The notes: a model not told the origin generated them from the letters alone. Shown: positions 20,923 through 35,251, counted from the first letter of the whole stretch. The stretch: 52,018 nucleotides of DNA, filler included, from Catajapyx aquilonaris (GCA_000934665.2; 3 parts of 3 records of this genome joined end to end with filler, not necessarily neighbours in it), one strand, 5' to 3'. A program made the numbers and translations.

Positions 20923-23146
20923 TATGCCAATGTTCATAAGTAATTTAATATGACATTATATAATATACAGGATGGTGCACAAAGTCCACTTTTTGTTGGG
21001 TGTGGAGTAAACATTGCGTATTCTCGACTGCACAGCATGTCAGTTTTAACGATATGCAATTCGTCCTTTAACTATATACAGTATTTTCATATTTCAGATT
21101 GGGCGCCCTGATTTGAAATCACAAGACCAATACGACATCAAGATGGTTGCAAACCAAGTTATACAAGGCGTTTAGCTTTTCAAATTTTAGACAGATCTCT
21201 TTAGCATACATGCCCAGAAAAGCCAGCACACACTGGATGGATCCCTCGGCCCCCTCCTTTTTTGGGGGGAATTCTCTCTTTTTTTTATCATGGGCCTTGA
21301 GCCCTCCCGCCCCGTGCATTTTGGAGTGAACCTTTTTTTTTGATTGTGCCGGAGCCAAAGCGTTCGTTGTCAGTGGGGGGGACTATCGACTCCGGACATT
21401 TCGCTAGCTGCACATCCAGTCAGAGAACGAGAGAAAAGAGTAGGGGGGCATACAAAAAAAAAAAAGGAGAGGAATCCGCGTGCAATTCGGCACGTGTACT
21501 CTACAGACCACCACATTCCAACACATCCGTCCGGATATGTGCCCTTCTGGCTTCGAATTATTCCTGCAGAGCAATTGCATAAGCCTGTCTATATACTGGC
21601 AGGTACAGGGCAGGTAGAGTCTGACCAACTTTTCTGATTATTTTTTTGGATGGATGACTCACATTTTGTTTAGACTATTCAACCTCCTATGGACCATCAT
21701 TTTTTTCAGGTATTCAAGAGACACTCAGTATTAGGCTGCTAAACCCTAATTGATGGACACACCATAATTCAAGTACTGAACTATTAAATATAACTGTCAT
21801 ATCTGGTCCACATGTGATGTATATTATGGTTTTGGAGAATCCGGTGAAATATATGGAGATTTATTATTGATCGAACAAGTTGGACCTCCTGTCGTACTTT
21901 TGCGACCCAAAATTTTCAGAGCATCTGTAAAGCACCGATTGGGAAATGAAAATACCACAATTTTTTTTTCGTGAAAAAAAAACGATTACCACACTGGCCA
22001 CAGAATCAAGAAAACAAGTTTGTTGTGCTTTGATGTAAACGCACTCAATCTCCAAAGTTCCAGGCTCAAACCCCCTCCCTCCTCTAAGCCTTGTGCTGTT
22101 AATGACACAGCCAGTGGTGAGCAAGCTTCCTTAATGAAGACGCCCAATCTTCTCTAAGAATATCGCGTATATAAAACGGGCGTTAGAGATACCGGCACAG
22201 ACTGCTGTTTGTTATTATGCAGCTTGCATTCTGGAGGCCACAGCTAACCAGAAGACTGTACAGGAATACATGTATCCAGATTTGAAGAATTTTAACAATA
22301 ACCAATAACTTCAATTAAAAATGGCATCCTACTGTACTGTAAGGATTTTTTTTAAAAAAATATCAAAAGTTCTTCTTGAGCTCTTTTGGAAGGGCTTATG
22401 ATGTTGAATTAGGTCTTTACACACTGGATATTTCTTTTCCTCGTCTCATCCTCAGGTGTTATTTACTCTCACGTCAGATTTTTTCCTGGTTGAATGGGTA
22501 CACAAAAGGGCGCTTTTATCACTTGCGTTAATCCCTCAACTTCTCACAAATTTCTGTCCTTCGGTTACTATACGAAGTATTTCTGGTTGGTATTTACTAT
22601 TTAGACGAGCCGTCCAAAATAGAGTCTGAATAGCTCTGAACTACAGTATCCCCATTATTATATTATAGTAATGCGTGACAGGAGCGTGAACATTACTATA
22701 TGGAAAACTATTATACCATAATATTACTTGAAAATTGTTTGAACATTGTTGCCATTTTGTTGTTCATTGTTTCGTAGTTGCCATCCCTGTTGGCAATCTC
22801 TCATTGTAATTATTGTGAAATGCTCACATTGCTCATTCTGATCACCTGATCGCTTATTTTCCACCACGTACATGAGAGACGACTCCGGATGATGACGGTA
22901 ATGTTCCGGAGACGACAGGAGGTTATTCCGGGGAAGCTAGTTTGGCGGCGGCGCGGAAGAGGCTGGTTTGTTGGAGGGTTGGGTTGGTCGGCTGGGGAGT
23001 CAGTCGTCTGCCAGCAGTCAGTGTCCGAGAGGTGACGGGACATACCGGGTGTACCGACAAGTGCGCGGGTGTGCGATGGATGCGTGCTGGGACATGCTCT
23101 GCTGGACTCGCTTCTTCTGAGCCCGGAGGACACAGTGGCCGCCCCC

Positions 23147-23333
23147 ATGGGCTGGCCCAGGAGAAGGAGGAAGAATAAGGTGGTGGTGCAGGAGACGTGT
23201 GAGTGTACGCGGATGTGTCCGAGTGTACCGGCTTCTTGCCCTGCACGCTGGCACGTCGCCAAGGTTCTCACCTGCTGGACCATTATGGCCGCCATACCTT
23301 ACGTCCTGGCTCTTCCACCGGTCATCAGATTAG
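23147..23333 (+). CDS. First coding exon (signal peptide and mature N-terminus) of a kainate-type ionotropic glutamate receptor; alternative start ATG at 23213
   Basis: Frame ends ..VAKVLTCWTIMAAIPYVLA-LPPVIRL-G|gtgagt: a hydrophobic signal-like stretch, then LPPVIRLG, matching the LPPVIR(I/V)GAIF start of arthropod kainate-2-like receptors, followed by a consensus phase-1 donor. The next exon was not found in this contig. Confidence 0.72.
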
Positions 23334-26300
23334 GTGAGTTGTTTGGGATCCCCCCCCAAAAAAAAACCGCTGACAAAACCCTCACGGACTGAATCAGATA
23401 TCCAAAGGAACTTTGGCAAACTTTCAGTTCATTCCACTATTTTTTTTCTCACCCGCCCTTTTTATTAGCCAAAGTTGATCGGATAATTAGCAACTTGAGT
23501 GATTAGGTTAGCTGCGAGCATGCCAGTCGAGGGTGATTGTGGCCTCGGGCCTTTTCTCAAGATTGCCAGGCGCGTGTTTGACTTTTCCTGAGAGCACTTG
23601 GTGGTGTTAACTTGTCCATGACCCATGAACGCCGTATAAGGTAACTCCGGCTAATATAGTGCACCAGATTGTAGATTGTTTTCGAGCATTAACGTGTATT
23701 CATATGCTGCAATGTCACCGAATTATATTGTATTATTCAAAGCTATTATTTGATTGTTAGATTGATTTTATTATCCATTTGAGCTTTTTTTATGTATACA
23801 GTGCTACTTACTGCCATTATTAACTTCTGAACTTTACTCTCGCTAGCGGCGACAACTTGACATGACGTGTATTGCACCTCATATTGTGTGCACCTTTCAC
23901 TCTCCGATAGTTCATTAAAGCACTTGCAAATACACGGCAGCCGATAGTGTTGTTGGAGCGAAAAATTGACTGTTGGTGGAAGCGTAACACGGCCCCGATA
24001 TAAATTTCATGAATGACAACAATATTAAAAGTCGAGGGAGAGAGTTGACATTCGATTTCATTTCCAATTATTACTCTCTTTTCGCTTGTAAAAAGGGGGC
24101 TTGTACAGTATACACAATACTGTGCCAGGTATTAATTAGTCCGACTCATAACTGTCGGTCAGCCCCCTCTGTCCATGTTTGATGACTAATGCATCGTTGT
24201 TTGTGAATCTGCTTCGAACCGTTGACGAAATTATAAGCGCTTCCTGTTGTTTGCCATTCATCTTCGGTCGTAGCACATGTCACCCCATGTCACATATTGA
24301 CGATATCTGCCATTTTGCACGTAATTGTATGTACATTAATGGACCTATAATTGCATATTGTTAGCAATTTCCTGTCATTTATTAAGGCACAGAATGCTCT
24401 TTGTTTATGCGCACACAATCGATCGTAAAATGTCAGCATAAAGCTGAGAGCCTGGCTAGCTCTTAAGCCTAAAGTTGGTAACTGAACATTCTGTACTTAT
24501 ATTTACACTGTGTTAATTTTAAAGCGACAGTGTCAATTTAAAAAAAAATCACTTCTCGTGCAAGCCTCCCCCAGAGAGTTTCAAAAAAAAAATCCGTATC
24601 TGTGCAGCAACGCAGTGCATATTTACGCAACGGGCATTGTCTGTGTAATCACGGAATGAATGATGTAGCATGAGAGACACTCAACAGCATGCGTTAGCCG
24701 TGTGGTTCAGCGTCCATTTGTACGATTTCAGTTGAAAGGGGGAATAAATCGCCAAATGTGTTCTCGCCGAACACGCCTGCAAAATTACCTCTCTCGCCTT
24801 TTTTTTTGCAAAAAAAAACAACCTCAAACCTGTTTCAAACCTTGTTGTTCGACACGAGGCATGTAAATAAACGGGGATTCATGTTTTTTCGGGGGGCCTG
24901 GAGTTTCCTGTCGTGTTATTTCCGCCAGAGAAACTATCCTTGCGTGTATGCATCCCCACGAGCCTTAATTGCATTGTGGGTAAGGATAAACAGAGAGAGA
25001 GTATATGCGGGCTTTGCCTTACAGTGATTCGCACCACTGAAACACTCTCAGTAATGTTGTTATCGCACTGTTCATGCTTAATGGCACGTATTAACCAATC
25101 GAGCTTTGGATGATTATGTGTGGAGCAAAATGCGAATTAATTTTTACTGCAATATTAGCAATTTGTACTACAGTACATACAAAGCAATATTTTATCAATG
25201 TTGATTTGTAGTACTTTATTAAAACAAGCTTAATTAATGATATCTTACGAAAATGAAGCCTCATATTGGCTTTTATAAAACACGAAAGCAACTACTCTGT
25301 ATTCATAACTTGAAAAATCCCACATTTTTTTTTGCTATGTAACTTACATGATCTTGTGTCCAGTTTATTTCAATTCATTCGCTAAATATGACAATTTACG
25401 ATTGCAAAATCCGTCGGACATAGCCTGGGGATCCCTATAGACTCAAAAAATAGAGCTCGCGGAATAGAATCGGCACAATTAAATGCAAAGCTTTCAAAAA
25501 AGGTTTATCAGGGAATATTCCCGTGCAGTGTGAGGTCGTCGGGGGGGNGGGGGGAAAGTCGCCTTCCACACCAAATTTTTTCCTCTCGGTGAATGGGGAG
25601 GGATAACCATGATATATTGCAAATTAGGATCCTAAAACCCGATTTGAATTCCACCCGGAGTCGGACTGCCACTTGGCCTATTGAACTATCATCGCTCATG
25701 GAAGTTAAGCTCTTTTATTCATAACATGCAAAAGCCCAGAAGCAGCTCGGCGGGGCCATATCCGATTGACTTCCGAAAAAAAAGCCATGTTAGGACAGAG
25801 TGAATAAAATTTATGGAAAATATTCAAAGTCTGCCGCTTTTTGTATTTTTATATTTTAAGTCACAAGTTTCATGCGATAATTTCTTTGAGGCATGCTGTA
25901 CCCCTCGGCATTGTTTGCACGAAACTGGGGAAACACAAGGGCTTTTAAAAAAATATTCATGCATTTATAATGATAGCCGCAACCGCTATTTTCCGGTGGG
26001 TTGTAACAGCTGGTTGTGACACAAAGTATTTCAGGTGTATGTGCGGTTTCAGTGTCGTAATTCTAGTGCTTTAGGACCTTTTAAGTGACAGGAAAAGAGT
26101 CACGTACAGTACAGGCACAGCTTCCCGAGCGTGACATGAGTGAAGATACCTGACTCTTGTACCTACGAGTTACCCTTGTCTCTTACAAAGTCTCTCTCTT
26201 TTTTTTAAAGGCCGTGAAACTACCCTTCAGTGGAAAGCGAGCCCCGTTTAAACATTCATACTCGGAGCTGTAAAATTTTAATTAACACGTTTCTCTCTCG

Positions 26301-29300
26301 AGAGAAGAAGGAATATCGCTCCTGCCTTTTCCCTGCTTGTTAAGGTTCTACTTACCCTAGGCCCTTTGGGAGTAAACTTTTTTTTTTGGTGGTAATAAAA
26401 ACTCATCTCCACTTTGAGAGCAACATGTTCCTGGAGGAGGTGAAAAGAGCTTTTTGCAAAAAAAAAAAAATGAATTTTGCGGGCCACTTTTGTCAACGAG
26501 CTCATTAATGATTAGTTTTGACCAAACAGTGAATAACAAACTGACACAATAATTTCCTTCAAATGTAGTTGATAACCTCGTACACTTTACATCTCACAGG
26601 GCTTGCGACCCGGATTTTCCGGAGAGATTCTCCGTCATGGGTTGCAACATCTTTGTTTATTTGAGAACAAGGAAAGGGAAGCGGATGTATTATTGGATTT
26701 GTGGTTGCTCCTTTTAACCGGGTCAATACATTGGAGGATTTGTTTTCTGTCAGGAACCGCACCTGACTATGATAAAAAAATACTCTACAAGATATACACA
26801 GGGTGAGTCAAAACTGCAGGTCATCAATAAGCTAAGTCGAGACAGAATTTGTTTAAAAAATATTCCACTTTTTGTGATAGGCAATTGTTCAGGTGTCGCG
26901 AACACCAAACATTCTGATACCGAAACCCATTTTCAAGAGGAAACAAAAGGAGGAGCATCCGTCTGTGACAGGCAGCAGATAGTCGAGAATGACATCCACA
27001 CCTCGTCCTCCTCCCCCGCCTCTGATGACGCCTCGTTATCGGCGATTGTTTGCCAACGACATTTTTGTTCCTTGGGAAAAGAAAAGGATCGCTCTGGTCG
27101 TCTGTTCTTCTTTCCAGTGTGATGGCAGCTGCCTCGTGATAAAGATTTCTCGCCCTTGCAAGACCCCCCCTCTTTTTGGTCTGGTGAGGTCCAAACCACC
27201 GCACCCTATATGCCACCTATAGCTAGAAACGAGAGGGGCAGGGGAGGGAGGATCCACTCTCATTTCTTTCCATTACAACTTTCAGCCCTTTTGTCTTCCC
27301 CTCCCTCAACCTTGCAATTACTTCTCAAATGTCAGCCAGGGTTTGCTCCGAGGAAATCACATCTCAGACTTTTCGCTCAGGCTGAAACTGTAAGATTTTT
27401 TTTCACCCTGATTTTCGGCTACTATTTCCACACATACCATAGGTCAGTTCCTCTTGATAAAGACTGTATGCAGCTCATTAAATATGGCTACATTATTCCT
27501 AATCAAACCAGAAAATATTTTAATTAACATTTTTTACACATAATGGTCAGCTTCCTCTGAGTGATTCTCTAAACAATTAGTTAATCAAGCAGCATACAGC
27601 ACCAGTCAAACATTGTGTTAAATATGATGGAAAACCATTATTGTAAGAATCGATGGACACAGAAATTTCCTCCAGTGTAAGAAGAAACGAAACTGCTCGT
27701 TTTGAGCAGTAAATTGCTCCGAGTTATCTATAGAGTTTCACGCTTATAGAGTAATGACAGTATATAGTCGATGCAGTGAATATACTCAACTGATTTGGAT
27801 GCACCGCAGGGCAGGACCTGTTGAACAAATTTTCCTCCGAGACAGTAAATTCCCCTGGTCGTATAACCGAACTTTGATCGAAGTCGTCCAGCAACTGCCG
27901 AACTCGCGAGAAGACAAAAGGTCCGGAATTGTGTTCCCCTCCCAGCACCAGAAGAAGAAGAAGACAATCATCCTCAGTCAGCAAATCGAATGGAGGAAGC
28001 AGATAATTGCCTGTCATTGTTAAGAGCTCCACGATGGACTCCCTGCTTCCTTTCCACGCACCTAAAAAAAAAGAGAAAGAAACTGTACCAAATATATTTC
28101 AAATGAAATTTAATTAAAAAAAATTCGTGGCAAGATGTAAACCATTATAAATACTATGAAATTGTGTCAAACACCGATCTCTATGTATGTAGCAGGCCAC
28201 AAAGTTCATGTCAGAATTTTGCACGAGTATTACGTAACGCAGTGTGTATGCCAATTTTCACTGCAAACGTGATCCGAACAGAACGTAATTAACAATCTGA
28301 AATATTACACGACTCATTAAAGCGCAACTCGTCTTATGCCAGGGGCCAGGCAAAGCTTTCGGTCAACGAGCAATACAATATTCAGGCCAAAGTTTTGCCC
28401 AAACCTGGAGGCTATTAAAGTTAAAATCCAAACCGAAGTTACTATAGACGTTCTATGAGAAGCAAAGGCAGACTAAGAGATAGACCTCTGCAGTTTCCCA
28501 TATTCCAAGGAGAGACGCCCGTTCTACTGTTGCCATTTTTTTCTCTTCCTCCTAAACTCCAGGGATTCAAACCTGGCCTCTTTCCAGCTGCAAACACAGT
28601 GCATGATTATTGCAGAATGCACTTACATAATGAATGGGGCTGAGGTCAAAGCGGCACTGGTGCATATATTCCGGGACTAAAAATAGGCGGGCGTGTGTAT
28701 TGCTCTACTAGTATAGTCCCGAAAAGCCTAAAAATCAATTGGAATATTACACTACATACTATATAGGCGTACTCTTATTTTTACTACTTATTGTTCCCTG
28801 CTTTGTTTTAAATGCGGGAGAACAACAAAACCTGCTGTTTTTAGCATGTATTATCACAATTAGATATTTTCCCCACACAAAAGGGGGGGTCATTATTAAA
28901 ATCACTTTAGGATAATGCTGCTTTGCTTTTATGACCGTTTGTGTACGTTCCATAAAAAAAACTGTATAGTTTGCTGATTAATTCACCCTGCTACACTTCA
29001 TGCCTTACAGCAGCCATTAAAAATAGATCAATGGGCGTGTAAACATAACAAAAAAAACTGCGCTTGGCGTTTGGAAGCTGTCCTGAGTGAATATTATTTT
29101 GCATCGCATCTCGTAGTATAAAACCCGGAAGTTGAGTCTGCTAACACGAGCGTGGTCCGAAAATTCGGTGCCACGCCGGTTAGCCACGATGTCAATTTTT
29201 ACGCCATGAAAAAGCCTCATAATGCGGGCGTTGTGGGTTCTAGGGGGACTTTCCATAAAGGTTTTTTCTTCAACTCCCAGAAGGGCAGGGGGGAGAACAA

Positions 29301-29763
29301 CAACAAAAAAAACCGGAGCATAATAATAGTTTACAAACATTGTTCTGGCCCGGTGAGCTGCAAAACGCAATTAGATAATAACATTGTGCAGTTTAACAGC
29401 TTTCTGCCTTACAGGCAATTTTGGAGCGTTCAAAAAGTGTGTCCGGCCCGTTATGTAGTGCTTTCATTATTAGCTCGGTCCCAAAAATCAACTACCAGGC
29501 TACTGTGTCATGACGCATTACAAAAATTAGCGCAATTACCATTATAGTTGGCCGAAAGAAGAGGTTAGGCAGACACTATATTTTTGAATTAATTTCTGCC
29601 CGAATTTTGTGCGGCTCTTCACTCAAGCCTCATTGCTGGACACTTCTGCATATGCATGGGTCAGTGTTTCATTATATTAATTAAATACCAATAGGCCAAC
29701 GAACGTTATTGTGGCTTTGCCCGCCACGACGAATATGTCATGGGGGCGAATATTCCGGGGGTT

Positions 29764-29820
29764 AAACGGCGCAGCGGGGGCGAAAAGTCCTCGGACTTTT
29801 CGCCCCCCGCTGCGCCGTTT
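29764..29820. repeat. GC-rich hairpin (~27-bp arms)
   Basis: aaacggcgcagcgggggcgaaaagtcc-tc-ggacttttcgccccccgctgcgccgttt (one-base bulge). Confidence 0.88.
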
Positions 29821-32800
29821 CCCCCCACTAATTATCACGTGTCTAGATTGTGCTATACAATCACTGTACTGCAGTGTCTACCCATGTATTCATCTCCTCG
29901 TCCCAATTCTTGGCTCAATCAGTGGACCAAAGGCGCAAAATAAAGTTGTCTCGGCTCGTCACTTGGGAGACCTGTCTGGCAAGCCTGAATTGGACGACCC
30001 TAGTTCTGTGAGTTGACATTCACACAGCGTGAATCCTGGCCGCGAACTTTCCACCCTGTTGAGCCCTCCCAGTCCTCATCAATACGCCGATTGTATCGCA
30101 TACTCAGAAAAAGGGAAGAAAAAAAATGAAGGAAAAGGAAAAGGAGGAGGAGGAGGGGAAGGTACAAATCTTGGAATTCCCGGGTTGCTGCAAATTGAGT
30201 CTGCACAGGAGGGGACAGGATTTTTCCTCAGACCGAGAGATATTGCCGACCTGTATCCAGGAAGGAAGAGAATGAAATACGCTGCTGGACACTGGAGGAA
30301 AAAAATTGTTATCCAGCATTATTTTCCTCGGATAAATGAGAGAATTTTTCAGATTTCTTCGGTGCAATTTTAAAAATAATAATAAAACTGTGGTTAATTT
30401 TTCAGCTCCCAGAATTCACCTTTTGTCCAATGGCATGTCCAGCACACACCATGTGGTCCGTGTACCTTTGTAAGAGAAATACCGTGTTCAAAGGAGAGAT
30501 AAATTAACCAGTACGCGATAGCCCGGCGGGGTCCAACACACAAAAGCAGAAGGCACCGGGGACTACGTAATTTAGGGAGGCCTGCTTGCATTTATGTGCA
30601 ATTGCAAAAGCTCTCCAGATTGTATCGGCTTGAAATTTCTGGTCGAGGGCGTATAATATGATGGGCTAATCTTGAAGAGCGGTGCATTAGCGAGAATTAC
30701 TGGCGGGTTTCGTAGGGGCGGATCCGGAGGGATACAAGCAGACATAAACAAGAGATTAGGAGTAGGAAAGTACAAGGAATTATGCAACTGTGACCGAGAT
30801 TATTGCTGCCACAGCTATTGCTCTTTGTATGGTGCCTTATGTCAGAAATGAATAGTACCAGCATGTAACTCGAGCAAAATAATGATGGCATGACTACATA
30901 GCAACAGTATCCTCCCAAGTCCTAACCGAATCACCTCAGCATGTAACGATCTGGTCGGTATACCTGTGTGTCCCAGCAGCCGCTTTTCTATAAATAGGTT
31001 CCTATATAGTCGACAACATAGATTTCAGCTCATTGTCTGCAGGTTCCCCAGTAAATTCCAGCAGCTGCAAAGAGGCTTTTGGGACCTGACATGTAAGGAC
31101 GGAATATCCCTTGATCTGGAGTCTTACAATCACAGGGCCCGAACTAAGCACGAATTCACGCCGGGTTCGGTACTTCCAGAGCTCACAAACAACTCTGCCC
31201 TCCACTCACCTTCTCTATATGCCATAGAAATATATATATATAGAGAGAGAGACCCCCCTTAGAGGTCCCTTGCGGCTGAAGTAGTGCTCAATATCTGGAC
31301 GATTGAATTCATCTCAGATGACAACCTCAAAGGCTGCGCAACACTCAGAAAATGCTCACAAAGTAAATGGGCGTTGAACTTACACGGTAACCGACACAGG
31401 CAATAAGCAAGCGCCTATAGTTGCGTCTAGGATTGGCAATAAAAAGAAGTACTTTTTTGTCGTGTCGGTGCTGAGACATAGAAAAAATAAAATCCCGTAA
31501 TAATTTTGGAGAAATGGATCTGTTGTTCTGCATCCAGCAGCAATCCCAGAAGCAAAATGTTCCTATTTTCAATGCGTATATATGCATGGTGCAGTTCGAC
31601 TGCAGCTCTATATACTTTTTTTTTTGTCCTAGTCGGGCGATACATGTCTGTGCCCTCAATATTTGCCAGCCTTTCAAAGACTGCCGGGGAATGAATAGAG
31701 CAAGTATCTGGCATTGTGCAATAGTTATATACGGGAAAGGCATGGGCTTAATTCCAAATAGGCTGTGGTCCAACAAGCTAAAGCCCTTTGCAGCAGTGTA
31801 GAGATGTATACTCTCGAGTTACTGTATACATTTTAGTATACGCAGTACTTACATGAAAGGCTATCGACAGCAGATATCCAAGGACTTGTTCAGTACCACG
31901 AATAAAAAATGTTATGTCGACAACTCTTTAAATAAGGTACATTATAGCACATGAGTATGTGAGGAGACTGAATACATTTTCAAAGCAATTTTCATAATGA
32001 TCATATTAATACTATCTCAACTTTTCTGCCTGCAAAACTATCGTCTACTTTTCTTTCTAATGCTGGTGAGAAAACAACTCATGAAATATTTCATTCTGAT
32101 ACATTTGAAGTCATCCTTTCCAAAAAAAACTGTGCTAAAATGGCGACAAACCCGTCTATTTACTTTCGCAAAAAAAACAAATCCTGCGAGTAAAACCTCA
32201 TCATACTAAACCGTGCGAATCGATAGCTTTCCCTTTTGCGATAAAAGTTATGACCCGGGCCGCACTTTCGCGGTTAGTCTGCAAATACCAGAGCCATTTG
32301 CTAGTGTCGTCACAAGTTGGGACCATGCTTCTTTGGAGAATCCTTTAAATGGGGGGCCATCACGGACTGATAAACGATTAACTTCCCGATGAATTGACGT
32401 AATCTGCAGATTTAGCGCCTCCAGAAAATGTTGATCTGACTACTGCAGCAGCGAGGAGCTTTTACCCCTGCGACTCATTGGAATCAGGCCAAATAGGACA
32501 GTAGTCTACTACACTATAGTTTCAAGGTTTGGGGTTTCTACAGTAGTGTGACCTGGTTTTCCATAACGTCATAGTAAAAACGATCATTTTACACACAAAA
32601 AAGTATGCAGTTATAACATGAGCTGCATGGATGGGCTATACCTGACTGTGTAGACACCTTAGTCGATGGATGTCTCTAGGGAAATGCAGGCAGATTTATC
32701 CGGAAGCTAGAGTCTTATTTTTTGTTAGGCTTTGCTTAATGAAGCACACTATTGATTAGCATCGTGATGAATGGGCAGGGCACTGTGAAATAATATCCTT

Positions 32801-33218
32801 TGTTTCGAGTAGGGAAAAAAATTCACTTTTTTGTTTTTTTTGGAGGGAAATAAAAGAACCGGAAGGTTCATCGACCTTGCCTGGAAATCGCTCTACTTTC
32901 AATTTTCTGCTACTGGATGGGAAAGTCGACCTTTTAGCATTTTGCAATTTGATATTTGCGCAAAGGTCGAGGAGCTCTTACGTTAGTGAAGTAATTTGTT
33001 TTTTTTTTATAATACCGGTACTGTACGTCGTGGGCTAATTTCGCAAGCCGTTTTACATCCTAGCAGGATCGATTTCAGCTAAAGAGATGTTCCAGTGGTT
33101 AGTGATTTTACGTACTAAGAGTATGCTAGCGGTTATTAATTGGGCACTAATATTATGTAGGAACGAATTAATATTTTTCTCATCAGGCTCTAAGGATGCA
33201 TCAGTATAATATTCTTAA

Positions 33219-33352
33219 GGGTTCAAATACTTTTGGCCACTTTATCCTGGTCTTGAAGGAACCCAAGTCACACACACTCACCTTCTTAACGTGGGGTCTG
33301 TGCGAAGGGTTGCTTCAAGACCAGGATAAAGTGGCCAAAAGTATTTGAACCC
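33219..33352. mobile_element. MITE with ~45-bp TIRs
   Basis: gggttcaaatacttttggccactttatcctggtcttgaag / cttcaagaccaggataaagtggccaaaagtatttgaaccc; the same terminus occurs at 8861. Confidence 0.85.
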
Positions 33353-33699
33353 GATAGTACTTATTAGTGTAAACCGAGACTAGAGCATGTCAAAGGCGTT
33401 CAGTAGGAGAAGCCCAAGAGTAATCAAGTGGGTTTGGTGCCAACCTACCTGTATGATTGCCTAGCAAATTGCAAGGCACTTATCTTCAACCAGGTGGAAG
33501 AGAATAATTGCGCTGAAGAGGAAATGTGACGGCAAATGCTTTTAAGAGAGAAAACAACTGACGCTATCGATGGAGGCAAAACCGCTTGCAAGAGGCAAAC
33601 GCTGCATTCATAAGGCCCCAACATTCATGCCAAATATTCAGGGCGATCTAACAAGGAAACATACACAAACGACTGCCTTTAAATAACCAAAAAAACAAC

Positions 33700-34203
33700 T
33701 GCTAAACAAGAAAAATGTATCAACATGCTGAATTACCTTTCTTAATCTGCAAATATCATAAAGTACTTCTTATTACGTACAGTATACTGTATTTTAAGAT
33801 TGAATATACTGCATATGTGGTTTGACGGGTATAAATACCCATGGACTGAAGAAACCTGTACACTTTGTAATGATGCTGAACCTTTTTCTCTCTACCACTT
33901 TCTGTTTGAATGTCAGTTTTTCCATTTAACAAGAATGATTTGCTTAGAGGATGTAGCTGCTCCACCTAAGTTATACCCCAGATTACTTTTTGTTACCCCC
34001 CACCACCTACTAATGACAAAAGTGTATGACTACTTTAGAGAAGCGACCCGGCTGCTTCGCTTTGCTGATATTGTTCTAACGTAACAAGAACCGGGTCCTT
34101 CTGTTTAGGGATAAAGAAGTTATCTTGTATCTTGTATATTTTTTGGTAAGGGAAGTCTTCCTAGGGGCGTGAGCCCATGGAATAAATAAATAATAATAAT
34201 AAT
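33700..34203 (+). mobile_element. 3' end of a 5'-truncated non-LTR retrotransposon (LINE); 5' boundary uncertain
   Basis: ORF 33800-34084 has the C-terminal CCHC knuckle CTLCNDAEPFSLYHFLFEC, followed by a short 3'UTR and an aataaataaataataat tail (34181-34203). Confidence 0.7.
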
Positions 34204-34636
34204 AGTATACTGTATTTGCGAGATATATGTGTGTGAAGAGTCTCGAAGAGAATGTTTGCCTGCAACCTCTCTCTCGAGGGCGCCCTCTATTCAAAGGCAC
34301 TTGGGTCTGTTAGTGTTGATGGACCGCGTCAATTGAGTTGAAAAGGCTTACACGTGCTGAGCCTCCGCAATTACCTCTGGCTGAGACAAAATATTTAAGG
34401 CTGGAAATTGGGTAAGGAAAAGGTCAGGGCGGTTAAATTAGAGCCAGGTCGCTTTTTATGCCAATCAATAACCTAATTACAAAAGGTACAAGTGCCGGCA
34501 TTACAGCGTGAAAAGTAATGATTTCGATAAGCCAACCCCCCCAAACTTTTCTTCTGACTCAGTACCTTGGTTTAACGCACTGCAGGTCCTCCTCTCTGAA
34601 AAATCTGATCTAATTTCCATTCCAGTCTGAATAAAG

Positions 34637-34736
34637 NNNNNNNNNNNNNNNNNNNNNNNNNNNNNNNNNNNNNNNNNNNNTTAATTAATTAANNNNNNNN
34701 NNNNNNNNNNNNNNNNNNNNNNNNNNNNNNNNNNNN
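34637..34736. other. Artificial contig spacer (44 N + TTAATTAATTAA + 44 N)
   Basis: Same 100-bp structure as 17269-17368. Confidence 0.97.
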
Positions 34737-35048
34737 GGGGGGGGGGCATGCAATTTGGGAGCCATCTATATACTACCAGACCAAAAATTGTAATAGCCAG
34801 AGTTTCAAAACTTAGCAAAGGTTATCTATCTACATGACTACATGTGACCATTTTTGACTTGAAAAATATGCACAATGACTTTAGAATCAAAGCATGTAGT
34901 ACATACATGAGTGTCTAGCTTTAAAATGTATCAATATTATTATGATACAAATAAAATCTAAATTCCAAATAAAATACATGGAAATATTGCCTGGCCCTAA
35001 GCAAAAACAGGTTTCACTTCATTGCTAAATACAATCAGGATGCCTGAC

Positions 35049-35251
35049 CTTCCTATTTATATCCTCCTGTATCCTGCTTGCCTCCATTTCCCGCTTCAAT
35101 TGCTTTTCCCTCAATAGCTTGACTCGCGTGAGCTCCAGAAGTTGCAATTGCTTTGTCCTCATCTCTCTTCGCAGCACGGAAAATTGCCTGCGGTGCTCTG
35201 CAAGTTTGTCCTCCTCTTCACGAAGCTCCCGTTTTCTTGCTTCTTCGGCCT
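35049..35251 (-). CDS. TBC1D31: TBC1D31 exon (coiled coil)
   Basis: tatccag|AG GCC..AEEARKRELREEEDKLAEHRRQFSVLRREMRTKQLQLLE..QEDINRK|gtcagg. Confidence 0.85.

Noticed and set aside
22810..23295. 161-aa minus-strand ORF
   Set aside because: Antisense to the GC-rich receptor exon and its 5'UTR; no recognisable domain.
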